A stretch of 54,959 nt of DNA, counting the filler, from Sphacelaria rigidula (taxonomy: Eukaryota): the NCBI GenBank assembly GCA_964200075.2. It is 5 parts of 5 records of this genome, joined end to end, with 100 filler letters (N's around TTAATTAATTAA, not from the genome) between each part and the next. Parts side by side here need not be neighbours in the genome. Positions count along the whole stretch, not along the records: positions 11,014 to 21,926 come from CAXNAA020005691.1; positions 22,027 to 32,937 come from CAXNAA020005692.1; 3 more parts are not named here. One strand, given 5' to 3'. The notes under the pieces are model-generated. The model saw only the letters and a program-made list of their open reading frames with translations. It ran no database searches and was not told the origin of the DNA. The position numbers and the translations under genes were made by a program. How positions within the stretch are numbered: the stretch's first letter is position 1; each line of letters begins with the position of its first letter. Shown here piece by piece: positions 12,704-24,451 of this stretch.

Positions 12704-12733
<30 letters not shown>
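12695..12733. repeat. (GTT)n microsatellite
   Basis: Seen directly. Confidence 0.95.
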
Positions 12734-12735
<2 letters not shown>

Positions 12736-15700
12736 CGTCGCTATTGTGCTGTAGTTGGGCTAATTTGTTGCACCGGGCGATTAAGTGGGGCTTCTAACGT
12801 CATGTAGTCGGGAAGGGGGAGGCGGGAAGGGGTGACTACCACATTTGCGCACAAATAGATATAATTATGATTTGTAAAGATGTAGAGAACATTAATGTTT
12901 GACGTTAGTTGTAAATATGTAGTTTAGTATATACTCACGATCAGGGTGGCAATGCCGTACTCATGGCGTAATATGATGATAAAGGACCTCAAGATATTGT
13001 CGGTCTATCCGCAGATCATCGGGAAACAAGGCGTACGGCCGCCGCAGCTGCCTTTTTTTTCTTGTCCTATATTTTGGCAAGACGAACGTGTGTTCTACGC
13101 GCTACTTGCCGTTGATAGTTTTTCTTTCGGAAAAAAAAAGAAGAAGAAAAGCCGTTGACGAAAGAACAGTGGGGCAAATATGGTGGATAAGCTTGCTAGT
13201 CTCATGAGAGAAGGGAATAAATCTCGGGAAGAGGGGAGAGTTGGAGAAGGTATTCGCGCCATTTTCTGACGCGTCAGATCTGCATTGTACTCTAGACGGC
13301 AAATCGATTTGAGACGAGTGCATGTTTTCACGCTTGCATTCATCATTTCAGTTGCGCTACTGTACAGTACGGCTTGTAAATGGTTTGTACATGCACGACT
13401 GACTGCACGTGCACGATGCTGGTATACCATCACCGTTCATGATGGTGTCCACGCGTCACGACCAACGGGTCTGATCGCGGATCAGACACGAAGAAGTAGG
13501 ATACACGGCATGTTCGTGGCACGATCCTCTCGAACCCAACCAACCCCGCCTGGCTCCACATGTACAGAAGACTTGCCCCCTCCCCCAAAACAACTTTTCC
13601 GAAGCTCCTCAGAAGCCAGTCCAACTGGCATCCAACTAAGCGTCCGGGCGCTCAAAGGCTTAACAACTTCCGTGGTCGAAACTGCTGGATATATATGGCA
13701 TTCGGTACCGCAATACTCAACGCACCAAGGGAAAGGCTGATATGCCAAAAAAAAAAGTCGTGGTTTTGCTGAGTCATACCCCAACAACGCAAACCTTGAC
13801 CGATCTATTTCTCGGACGACTTGTACTGTATAATCGTTGCTGTAAAATCGCGGCCTGTTCCAGAGGGGCGAGGGAGAGACTAAGTCACCGTATTTTGATT
13901 CATGTTCGCAAACGCACTGTGCGGCATCATCTTGAACGTCAACGAAATGAAGTGTATCCTCCTCATGTTTGTATACAGTTAGTTTACCTTCGGATATTGC
14001 GTTCTGTTCCATTTAACTCCCAAGGCGTTTGCGCGCCGGCTCTGATAGAGCACGTTAAACACATACACGCACACGCACAGGAAGAAATATTATACAATCA
14101 CCAGAGTGTTCCAAGTAGACATTTCAAAATTCATAATCATCATCGAATGCACCTCTGCCCGCTAATTGCCCGCGGATGATCATCGCGGTTACGATACAAA
14201 ACGGGGATGAACCGCTCGTGACTATGAGGGATATTCGGTTAGATCTCCTCAGCCCTGCCCCCTCCGGCACCCGAAAAACCATAACCGTTTCTGCTTCTGA
14301 CTGCCCGCCGTTGCGGCCGTCCCCACCGCCGATGCCGCCATAAGCAGGCCTGTAAAACAGCAGTCGTCAATCGATGGCGGTTGTCAGATCTCTCCGCTCC
14401 TCCCTCCAACGTTTCTTAGAACTCGCCGGTCAACATATACGTTCAAAGCGGTGATGGTTTTGCTTTTCTCGTGGGCAACTCACGAATCTCTCATTTCCGT
14501 CGACAGGTTCAGGTGTGAACGTTAAGAGCAATCTTTCGGCGGTTGGCTATTCCCCCGCCCAACACAGGATGTATCCAGGTTAGCTTGGCGGGCGCTCGAC
14601 AGCGGTGGTAGCTCCTATAGCCCTCCAGGGTGGTTGATGTAGTTCCAACATTGCTATATATCCGTTCCGCCGCAGCGGCAACCGTGCGTCGGAAAACAGG
14701 AAACACTTCACTGATCGCATGCTTCGTATACAGTATACCTCATAGTACAACAGTACTCTTACGGGTGAAGCTATTTTCAAGTCGCGGCTTGGTCATAACG
14801 TATCACCTCATTCTTGAACGTCAGGTATAACGGTACCTCTGTTTGCCCCCTAGAAGCTCCAGGGTCAGGAGGTTATCCCTCCGTCGTCCACCGCACCCAC
14901 TAGATTCACCGATATTGTTCCTCCAGCTGCCCAGCTGCAGGCACGCCGCGTCCACTCCACTACATGAAATGGTAACCTTTCGTTTTTGGCGCCGTAAATG
15001 ATCATAGATCAGTGCAAGAAATTGCCACCAGAGAGAAATCAAACAAAACTTGATCGTGTTTTTTTTTTTTGCTGCCAACTTTAAATATGGTAAACGTTGG
15101 GTAAACCCGAAAATATTTATGGCGCAAAATCTAACCATTTGTATTCATTGAGGGGCGTTCGGATCGCGTCGTTCGAGCAGCACGTATCCGGCATCCTGCG
15201 TGTTGACCAACTGCGATAACCCCTACCGCCCTCCGGTTGACTCCCCGTCATTGTCCCTGCTTTTTACATTTTACGCTCAAGTTTGTCTGCAATATTCGCC
15301 CCATCGCTTCCCGAACCCCGTTCGACAAAGAGATGAATGCCGCACTCAAGATATGCTTCAAGCACTTGGATGTGATTCGAAATAACCATGGCGCGCAGAA
15401 CGCTTCTGAGGGAATCCATCAAACCCATCTTCGAATGCGATTACATCCGACCAGGCCAAGCGATAAAATTCCATAAAATCTTTTCAGTGTCCGCTTGAAA
15501 GAAAAGGTACCAATGTCATCACTCACTCGGCTAATATAGACGACACAGCTGCTACTCCGTTAGATGTTGTTGGATAGACGGACTAGTTACGACATGTCGT
15601 TCCCGCGTGTAAGAGCTCCAACGTTGTCGTCCGGAGTGCATCGGCTGTATAGCCTGTCGTCAATTCAGGCCAACTTGAGAAACTGGAAAGTGGTACAGAA

Positions 15701-16008
15701 TCCTGAAGAAGCTTAGGATCTGGCTTACACGAATTTCTTGCTCGATGTGTCATTTTTTTGTGTTCTTGTCACGCAAGCTGTGACTATAAGGCAACACATT
15801 TTTTATCGAAATGCCACGTACAGAACACAACGCGCCCGCTCATAAGAAGCAAGTGACTGAGAAATGGAGCCTCGGATTTTGAAAAGGAACAAAACTGGCC
15901 TAAGAACGAGACCTCAAAATCTGTCGAAATATAAGAAACAGCCAAATGAGAAAGACGATTATTCTGGCCGGAAGCAAATAAGACAACATGGTACTGCTGC
16001 CCCACCAG

Positions 16009-17752
16009 ACACGACCAGGAACGGGCTGGCAGACAGCCAGTACCTAGCAGGTTTCAACGTCCAAAACCAAACGCGGCGTAGGGTTGCTGTTTTAGGCTGG
16101 GTTGTGACTGGTATATGTAAACTTGAACTTTTCGTACCAATCAAGTCACCAATGTATCTGTCAACATACACAGTCATGCCCCACGCTTAGAGCGCTTACT
16201 GCGTGTGTGCAGAACATTCTTAGAGCGTACGCACTCGCCCAGCGCCGTAGGTAGCATCCACTGGGTAGCATAGAGAAGGAATCGTGTGATGGCGCTACAG
16301 TCTACCATACGCGCTTCAAAGAGACCCCGGGCACCCATCCCGTTGGAGCACATACACCAATATTATCTGCGCTGTTTGCCAGTATCAAACAAGTCAGAGG
16401 AAACTTTGGCTGGCTATCAACTTCTCACCAAGTATAGAATAAACGAGGAAGAGAGGAGGGAAGCTGGTGGCGGCTAGCATAATATTACAGTGTTCAGCCT
16501 CAGCCGAATTTCACGTCTTTTAGTAAGCGGGCATTTTCTGTTCGACACAGATGATAGGCTTAGACATGAGCGAATCCACCTCGGCCGGTAAGAGAATACT
16601 GCACACACGATTGGCTCCGCTGAAAAACATCGTCGTTGAACGTCAACATTGAGAACATCACGTGGCCATCTTTGAACCAGGCTCAAACTCCCACATGATC
16701 ATGTTTGAACATATTCAGGAAGATGAACACGTGATAGATCGGCCATGGGACAACTGCTGGAAATTGAATAATGATCATAGCTCCTTGCAGGAGTGCTCGG
16801 GGAGAATGGCCCCGCTGACGTCCGGAAAACAGCCAAAATAGCCTCTGTTATAGCTGAGATATATGTCAATGAATACCAACAGCCGATCTCACGCGACCTG
16901 GGGTTTTGCGGACCTTCCGGTTCGCCGCGTCTATGTTTGCAAGATACGGTATATCGTTCCCAGAACATAATAAAACGTGAGTTCATTCGGGGATGAACAC
17001 ACTCTCTATCCCCTGATTTTCGAAATAGCATTCCAACCATGTTTCTTTCGTTAGCCACCCCGCACTCAACCGAAACAACTTTCCCCCCCCCTGCATCATC
17101 AGAGTTCTTCTTTATGCTACAGTATGGGTAGCTGCATTTCAAGCGTCGGGATAATCGTGGTCAATCTCAAATTGCTATGGTAAATGTTGTTTTTCGCGTG
17201 GGCCAGGTATTTGATCCTCCTGCTGTACTGAAATACGGTCATTGCTTCAGCCTGGCGGAATGTGCAGGACTGTCAATGTGATAACCGAGGGGGTGAGGTT
17301 TCCTTGTGAAACGGCAAATGTATCACTTGGCACACGACTCGAAGCATCGCCGAGCATTGCAGCGGACCCCACCTCACGGCTCCACTTGCGCGTATCGAAA
17401 TGTGTATGTGCTATCCGTGACGTGATCCTTAGCCAGTCACGTGTTTGTTCTGTTTCCTTTCATCAAAACCTAGGACACAAAGTATCTTACTTGGACATTG
17501 CTTACAATTTCTCGACAACGGTGGCGCCTATCAGAATGGCGAAGCAAGTGCGTAAAGTGACCGCGTGATGACCGCGCATCTCATGATGCGCAGCGTTTTC
17601 TATTTCGCGAGAGACAACAACACATGGAGGCCCTGGATTCCCGGAGTAAGAACAAAGCCGAACATACACCGTACGTCAAGTCAAGGGCATACACGCAGGT
17701 GCTTCTCGACGCTGAAGTGAAGCGTCTGGCTCCGACGCACAACACTGACTGA
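16009..17752 (+). CDS. Possible plus-strand exon chain (about 16009-16077, 16791-16948, 17251-17292, 17698-17751); product unknown
   Basis: YAG acceptors and GT donors with compatible phases (1->1, 1->0, 0->0, 0->stop). Peptide GVLGENGPADVRKTAKIASVIAEIYVNEYQQPISRDLGFCG... No domain recognised; could be chance. Confidence 0.3.
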
Positions 17753-18711
17753 ACCACGGGTAGAACAATGTCTGTCGCGCAGAGTCATGCGCGATCGAGT
17801 TCAAGTGTATCTGAGCTGGTAAGATGTCTTGATTGTGGCACTCACGTCTAAATTTTCGCGCTCTATCCCTCCCAACAATGGCAAACACCTCTGGTCCAAA
17901 CTAGTGCATTTTGCAGCTAAAACATCACGCAATGAAGAGTGATATCAGTTATGGCTGTTCCATTGAAAGCGCGGAGTGCGTACAACAAGAGCCCCGCGGT
18001 CAATCGTTGATCACACCTCGTAAATCACCACCGGCTTCCTCAGCAGCACCGTGAGAGTCTGTGGGAAGAGACCCGTAGACAGCCAAAACGATCCTAACAT
18101 GCCGTCCACCGCACACGATGGCAGATGCAGAGGGTCCACGCCCGTGCTCGACACTTCTCTATTTTTTTGTTTTGGAATGATGAGGACATGACAGTAAATG
18201 CCAAATAGAAGTACAGCACACGAACGACGCTGAGTTTGTGCCTGATATCATGCGACGGAATGCAACACGATTTGCTAACGGCATGCAGTATCAGAAGTTG
18301 TAAGTCGACCAACAGAGTGCGGCTGCGTGCTCAGGTCAACCCGGTGGAGATGGGTGAAACCATCTGTGCGGCCTACAAACGTCTTACTACTTGTTGCGCT
18401 TCTGAGACCCGCAGTGTTATTTTTCAAAACGGTGCCCTTATTGCACCTCTCTATCCATGCTTGTGAAAGCGGGCGTTTTGTGGTACTTCACCCCCCCCTT
18501 CATGGACAATCACCACATGGCACACGGCTTATCCCTCCTGATGGCAGTTAGTTCAGTTGGGAAAAAAGGAGTCGACGTCCATTACTCAAAACGCCACGCC
18601 TTTCCTGTCCTCCGACGGAGTCCGAAGTACCCGTCGGATCCAATGGTAAGAACTAGATACTGTACGACAAACATTCGACATCCCCGCGAAACAAGACGTT
18701 GCTCATGTTAC

Positions 18712-19831
18712 CCAAGAAGCGCCTGCGGGACGTCGGTCACCCGTTCAGCACATGATTGCGCTCCTCTGTCATCATCCAGCGATTCCGTTTCTGCCGCCGC
18801 TGGCGCCGTCATGGCAGTCGCCGAGTACATGAAGCCGGCATCCGAGGTGTAGACGGAACTCGCATTGCTTGCCGCCGCCGACAGTTTCATGCCCCACGCA
18901 CTGCTTCCGTTCGCATCGCATTCATCTGAAGCCTTTTTCGCATATGTTTGATGCAGGCAGGAGCAAAGAGAAGCCGTGCGGCACGACGCATGATCATCCC
19001 GGGCGACGGCGGCGGCGGTGGTGAGGAGGGGGGTCTCGGTGTGCTGTTTTTAGACGCACGGTATATGAGGCAGAGGCAACACATCGATGTTGGCTCACGC
19101 AAATCTGTGTGGAATCCGTCTTGCCTGCCTGCGGTTACTGGTTTGATTTATAGACCGTGGACAAAAGTAGCGTTCAGCGAGCCTACGTGTCGGTACAACT
19201 TGTTGTGTATTTCCACCGATACACTCCAACCATGTAGCACGATTCGTTCCAGAGGGGTCAAGTGGAAGGTGCCATACGTGCATGCATATATTGTTTTATT
19301 CATAACTACGCACCCGTCTTACGTAGACACAGCGGCCGGCAACTATGTTTTCCGGTATTGAAGGTAGAATTGGTCCCGTGAAGCGACGGGCGCTGTTCAG
19401 TCGGCTTTCCGCGGGAACCACCCCTGTGGTTGGTTCTGCCCACGCCAAACAGGGAAATGAAAGTAGTAAGTAGATACAGGCAAATGACAAAGACTGTACG
19501 ACAATTGTCTCGTGTCTTCCGGGGCAATGATGGCAATGAAGAAGCTATGGCAAAGCAAATCAACGGGGGGGAGTACTGTTCAAGACTCTGCGGACACGAG
19601 GCGCTCCATGGATCGCCTGTTTTGCTTATCCACTTCGCCGACGAGAATCAATGGCGATCGGCGTGAGACCCGCTTCAACGGACAAAAATATTAGAAATAA
19701 TTAATCGCACGACTATAATGCCGTGTACGATCCTCGAGTGTAGGGAAAATAGACCGGCGCTGCTGCGTGCATCATATCGCGATGAGTACCTTACCTCCGA
19801 GGGGCGCAAGTTTGGCCGAAAAGGATTGAAT

Positions 19832-19869
<38 letters not shown>

Positions 19870-20125
19870 CTCCTCCTCCCCCATGACGAATCGTCATCCC
19901 CGGTCCACGTGAGATAACTATACGAGATTGCTGCCCAGAGCTACTCTCGGGTGCAACTTCTGCAGCAGCAGCAGCTGCTGCTGCTGCCAACCCTGCCCTT
20001 CTTGCTGCTTCGAAGCCCGCAACCGTTTCTCGGCGGGTGGGGATGGCGGCTGCTGCTACCGTTGCGGAGGCCGTTGCGAACGCCTCGTCCACGATAATTG
20101 CCAGCGCTTCCCCTCGACGCGACTC
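18712..20125 (-). CDS. Three internal exons (20125-19795, 19435-19323, 19043-18712) of an Ala-rich, low-complexity protein; further candidate exons near 20962-20850 and 20655-20570
   Basis: Acceptors ttttcaag|, gggcag|, aaaaacag|; donors gtaagg, gtaaga, gtaaca. Lengths 331/113/332 nt give phases 0->1->0->2 and one continuous frame (ESRRGEALAIIVDEAF...EPTTGVVPAESR...HTETPLLTTAAAVARDD...). Confidence 0.7.
19834..19868. repeat. (CTG)n/(CAG)n tract, read as poly-Ala in the predicted exon
   Basis: Seen directly. Confidence 0.95.
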
Positions 20126-21926
20126 CTTGAAAAGAGGGGGCAATTTGGCGCTCCTTGAGTACAACATCTAACAGATATCGTAGATCTGTTGGTGTCTGCT
20201 GATAATGTTGCACTACAAAGCGCCACCGTGTACGTCTGTTCCCGTCGTATTTTTAAGCTTCTCCGCTCGCAGTTAGTGTGAAGCTATACACGTGAGGGGT
20301 CGTCGATGGGGCGGTTTCAACATACCTAGACGAAGGAGGACAACACAGGCGAGGTATATGCACAGCACTACATTTGAAAGCAAACTGCTAGAGCAGTACA
20401 TGCCCCGCGCGGAGGGCCCGCGCATAATATAATAGTTGCACTTGCCTTCCCGCGTCACAGCAGACCCCCAACGGCTTAACAGGTTATGGGGCCGCACATG
20501 TATATTGTAGACATTTTCTCCCATGTGGCCTACGGCAGGCACAACAAGGTCATGCATGCGTGTACATGGGGTAGCGACGAAGCTGGGGCCCGAACACTGT
20601 GTCAGCTGTTCTTGCTCGCTCAAGATTGGTGCCATGTTCCCGGCCCCTTTCGGTCCATAGTTCGGAAGAGGTACTGGTAATATATATTTTCACCATCAAC
20701 CTCTGAAATGTAATATATCGAAAAGGCGGCATTTCGCTACTACGTTCGCAGGTTCATATGGGGTTACCTTGAGACGATCCATAGCGCGAACAATTTTATT
20801 CTTTTTATCGTCTGTCTCGGCCGTCTTGAGAAGGCGCTCCAGCTCACAGCGAGCGGCCTCGGAGTCTATCTGTAGAATTCAGCGCACAAGAAGTTGATGA
20901 TGAATCGAGCAAGGCAACGCGCTGGTTGAGCATGCGAGTAACAGCTGTTGGTGCAACGTTCTCTGAGTGCAATGTCGTAGATGGAAGAAATAAATTCGAG
21001 CCGTCGTGTTTTGTAGGCGGTGATACCATATACTTGCTAGAAGACCGACCGCCTGAATACACGAGTAGTTTCACACACTTTGTCGATAAATTGGTGCGTA
21101 GGTGACCGCTCTGTCCCCCCAAAGAGGGGCGGGAAAGACGTGGAAGTGGATAAAGCACGAGGCCATACCCTCGAAAAGGCGGGCGGGGGGAGGGGGGGGG
21201 GGGAGGGGACATGCGTGATGGATGCGAGGGAGGATACATGAAATGTTATTAGTACTGTGACGTGTACCCAAATAGATGGGAATAGAGATCGACGTCTACC
21301 CACGTGAGTCGGATGTTTGAGCTTGAAGAGTATCTGATCTTTACCGTCGGAAGCATGAATACGTGAGTAAAACAAACGTGATTGATTACGTTTGTTTGAC
21401 GAGAGTTGACGCGATGCGGGAGTGCTAACTCCATCCGCGAGACCAAAATGGGAGGCGTGCACCAGGGAGAGATGGGTTGATCCCTTGAGACCACGGAGTC
21501 GTCCCAAGGATGGGAGGGCTTCAAAGTGCGACAAAAAAGAGAAATGGCGCTTTTTGCAAACATAGAGATAGAAAGAGAGACAAGATGCTGGTAGCCCAGG
21601 CAGGACGATGGGTATATCTAAGAGACAGTACTTATAGCTAATTAAACTTAGACTATCCACAGAAATCACAACGAGTGAGGTCGAGTGTTGCACGCCGAGA
21701 TGATTACTGCAGTGATTCCTCTGCGAACGTTATAAGCCAACCGACACATATCGAATCGATGACACGTACTCTACTGAATGCACTACATGGATCAATGCTG
21801 GTGAACATTGATTACAAACGAAAAGTAGATATTTCCGTAACACCCCCCCCCCCCCCCCCCTCCCCCACCCCCCGGGGTGGAGCCGACCACACCCACGCAC
21901 AACGCAGCAAACCCCAGACGTCGCCC

Positions 21927-22026
21927 NNNNNNNNNNNNNNNNNNNNNNNNNNNNNNNNNNNNNNNNNNNNTTAATTAATTAANNNNNNNNNNNNNNNNNN
22001 NNNNNNNNNNNNNNNNNNNNNNNNNN
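21927..22026. other. Artificial contig linker
   Basis: Same 100-bp N/TTAATTAATTAA/N spacer. Confidence 0.98.
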
Positions 22027-22210
22027 CGACGAAGGCAAGCAACAACTGAGTACACCTGAGCTCCCCCCCCCCCCCCGCCATCCCCGCTAACTATGCCATT
22101 TCCCTATCCTTCCAACGTCCCGTTTCGTCGTGTAACCTCCCCGTGAAAAGAGCTCGTTTTCGTCGAAAAACAAACGAAATTCATTCCTCGGCGCCGCTGT
22201 ACTTTGCATC

Positions 22211-22362
22211 TCAGCCGTCACGTGGGCTGTGCGGCGGGGACGTGCGTATGTCGGCGGCGTCCTCGCCTTCGGCGCCCGACTGACCTCCCAACTCTGAGTC
22301 ATCGCCATTGCCTTCGCCATCACCGCCACTGTCCTCACCATCATCGCCGTCATCGGAGTAAT
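22211..22362 (-). CDS. Probable terminal exon encoding an acidic Gly/Asp-rich tail (DYSDDGDDGEDSGGDGEGNGDDSELGG...SPRDG*)
   Basis: Acceptor gtcccttcag|, phase-1 open frame to TGA, coding-like codon pattern. This frame is absent from the ORF track because it has no start codon. Confidence 0.6.
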
Positions 22363-22705
22363 CTGAAGGGACGTGCATGCATGGCAGGCACAGTGGCGAG
22401 GGGTATTGCTCATTAGTTAGATTAGTCTGATAAGAATCCCTCCATCAACGTGCACCATGTCGCCACGGTGCGTTGAAACGCCGAATATTTTTTTCCGCGC
22501 GTTTTCATACAGTGCGATACACGTCATCAACAGTACGGAAATGCTCCCGCTTTCGCATGCTTTTTTTGGGCAGTTACGCTCTAATGAGGTAGATATATGG
22601 TATGGAGTATTTACGAGCGCTATTACGTGCTACAAAAAATGATGCCGGCGAGAAGTTTGGCTACGACACGCTGCAGTCCGCAGACCAGATCTGCCATCCT
22701 GCTCC

Positions 22706-22822
22706 TGGGGGGGGGGGTACTCATTTGTTACCTGCCTCAGTCGTTTGAGCATTGACCACACATCCCTTTCGAGACGGAGCACCGCTTCTACTCCTAATAC
22801 AGACACCTCCAACATGTAGGTC
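22706..22822 (-). mobile_element. Short 3' fragment of the LINE family
   Basis: 'tactcatttgtt...ttgaccac..catccctttcgagacggagcaccg...agacacctcca' matches 79-172. Confidence 0.85.
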
Positions 22823-23140
22823 CTCTTCAATAGAGGGGAGAAGACAAGGAACATTTCACGAAAGCGGGAGAGGGGGAGCAGCGAACAGCACGAAAAAGCG
22901 ACGCTACAGCAGAGAAAGAGGACCATAACACGACGGCAGCTGGCCGCATGATACACGTCCGTTCAACTACCGCAAGTCACACAGCATCTCTGCGCCTTCG
23001 CGGGGTCCTACGCAGGCGCTCTTTTTCGTTCTTCCTCTTTCTCTCGTATTTTTGATTCCATGTTACATCCAAATGCGCTGCGAGAGAAATAAATTAAATG
23101 AGACACCCACCCACATGTACTACTGTCGGGAAATACATCG

Positions 23141-23524
23141 AGGGCGGGTCAGGTATAGTATACCCGATAATCGGTATTTGTAAACTTTATACCCGTTGTA
23201 CCTAAACATTTGGGTAGATTGATGACGTCTTGCCGAAGTGATATTCAACACCCACGTGTTACGGAGAGTACTTGGACAATCTTTGGGTATATTATTCGAG
23301 ATCGTACCCAATCTACCCAAATTTTGGGTGGAGTATTTGAGGTCGTACCTGATCTACTCTTATCATGGGTAGCGTACTGAGGTCGTACCGATGTGACACT
23401 TTCAACCCAGGTATTGCTAAGAGTACTCAACCAATACTTGGGTAGAGTATCTGAGATCGTAGCCAATGTGTCCTCATCTTGGGTGGAGTAAATACCCTCT
23501 TACATACCCTACCCGACGTGCCCT
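23141..23524. mobile_element. TIR-bounded element filled with ~41-bp degenerate tandem repeats
   Basis: Imperfect TIRs AGGGCGGGTCAGGTATAGTA / TACCCTACCCGACGTGCCCT. Internal unit ~GGGTAGAGTATTTGAGGTCGTACCCAATCTACCCAAA. Confidence 0.7.
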
Positions 23525-24123
23525 ACGCTTTTCCGATCGAAAACATCGGGAGGAAAGGCAGGAAGGGGCGTTCGCCTCCTGTTACAAGCCAGCATGCACG
23601 CCAGATATCGCCCGTTCACAGAACCACCCAAAGCCATCGAAACCCTACACTACTTTTTCTCAACCACCACCGTAGCCCTGCAGCCTAAAGCACGAGTTGG
23701 GCACAGATACTGATACACTGTAGTGGTGTAGTGGTTGGGTATGATGTGTTCGTTTTTTGTCGGAGAAACTTGAGCATCTTCCTTCATGGTGGAGATCGGC
23801 AGGGGAACAACGTGGTTCTCTTTCACATCCTCAGGTGCGAAGCACGCACACACACGATCAGGCACACTGAACGCATGCGGCATAGCCTTTACAGTACTGT
23901 AATGTAGTACCGCTTCACGAATTTCACTGTATCTTGTCGATCGATAGGTTGCAATTCGCTCGGGCCCGAGTCGCGCGAAGTGAACGAACTCGCTCAAGTC
24001 GATTCCACCGCACTTTATTCCGATCGAGAAATCATGTCGTGAGACACGGCCGTACTCAAACCTAGGTGAAGTATTTTGGATCATATCCAACATTCCCAAC
24101 ATTTGCGTAAATGTTGCGGTCAT

Positions 24124-24451
24124 ACCGAACTAATACTCAATACCCAGGTATTGCTGTGAGAGCCTACCCGATACTTGGGTGCAGTTTTTGAGGACGTTCC
24201 CAATCTAGCCGAAATATAGGTATAGTTTTTGAGTGCGTACCCCATCCACCCAAAACTTGGGTTGAGTATTTGAGGTTATGCCCGATGTACCCAATTTTTG
24301 GGCAAAGTATTTAAGGTCGTACCCAGTCTCCCCAGATCTTGCGTAGAATGTTTGAGGACGGATTTAATCTACTTAAATCTCGGGTAAAGGAGATACCCGG
24401 GTATTCAACCCAGCAAGTTTTCCGGAGGACTTACCCCACCCGACCTGCCCT
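24124..24451. repeat. Second, left-truncated copy of the ~41-bp repeat element
   Basis: Same unit repeated about 5-6 times, ending in TACCCCACCCGACCTGCCCT. Confidence 0.75.

Noticed and set aside
13482..14012. 176-aa ORF as a standalone gene
   Set aside because: No recognisable domain. Part may be an exon (acceptor near 13737), but I could not link it to neighbours.
19675..19884. Poly-Gln ORF MGEEEKQQQ...
   Set aside because: The Ala frame is open across the whole exon and phase-compatible with the next exon.
20850..22362. Joining the 22362 exon to the 20962-18712 gene
   Set aside because: They are on different contigs separated by an artificial linker.
23260..24400. Periodic repeats as CRISPR
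   Set aside because: Degenerate head-to-tail units without unique spacers.
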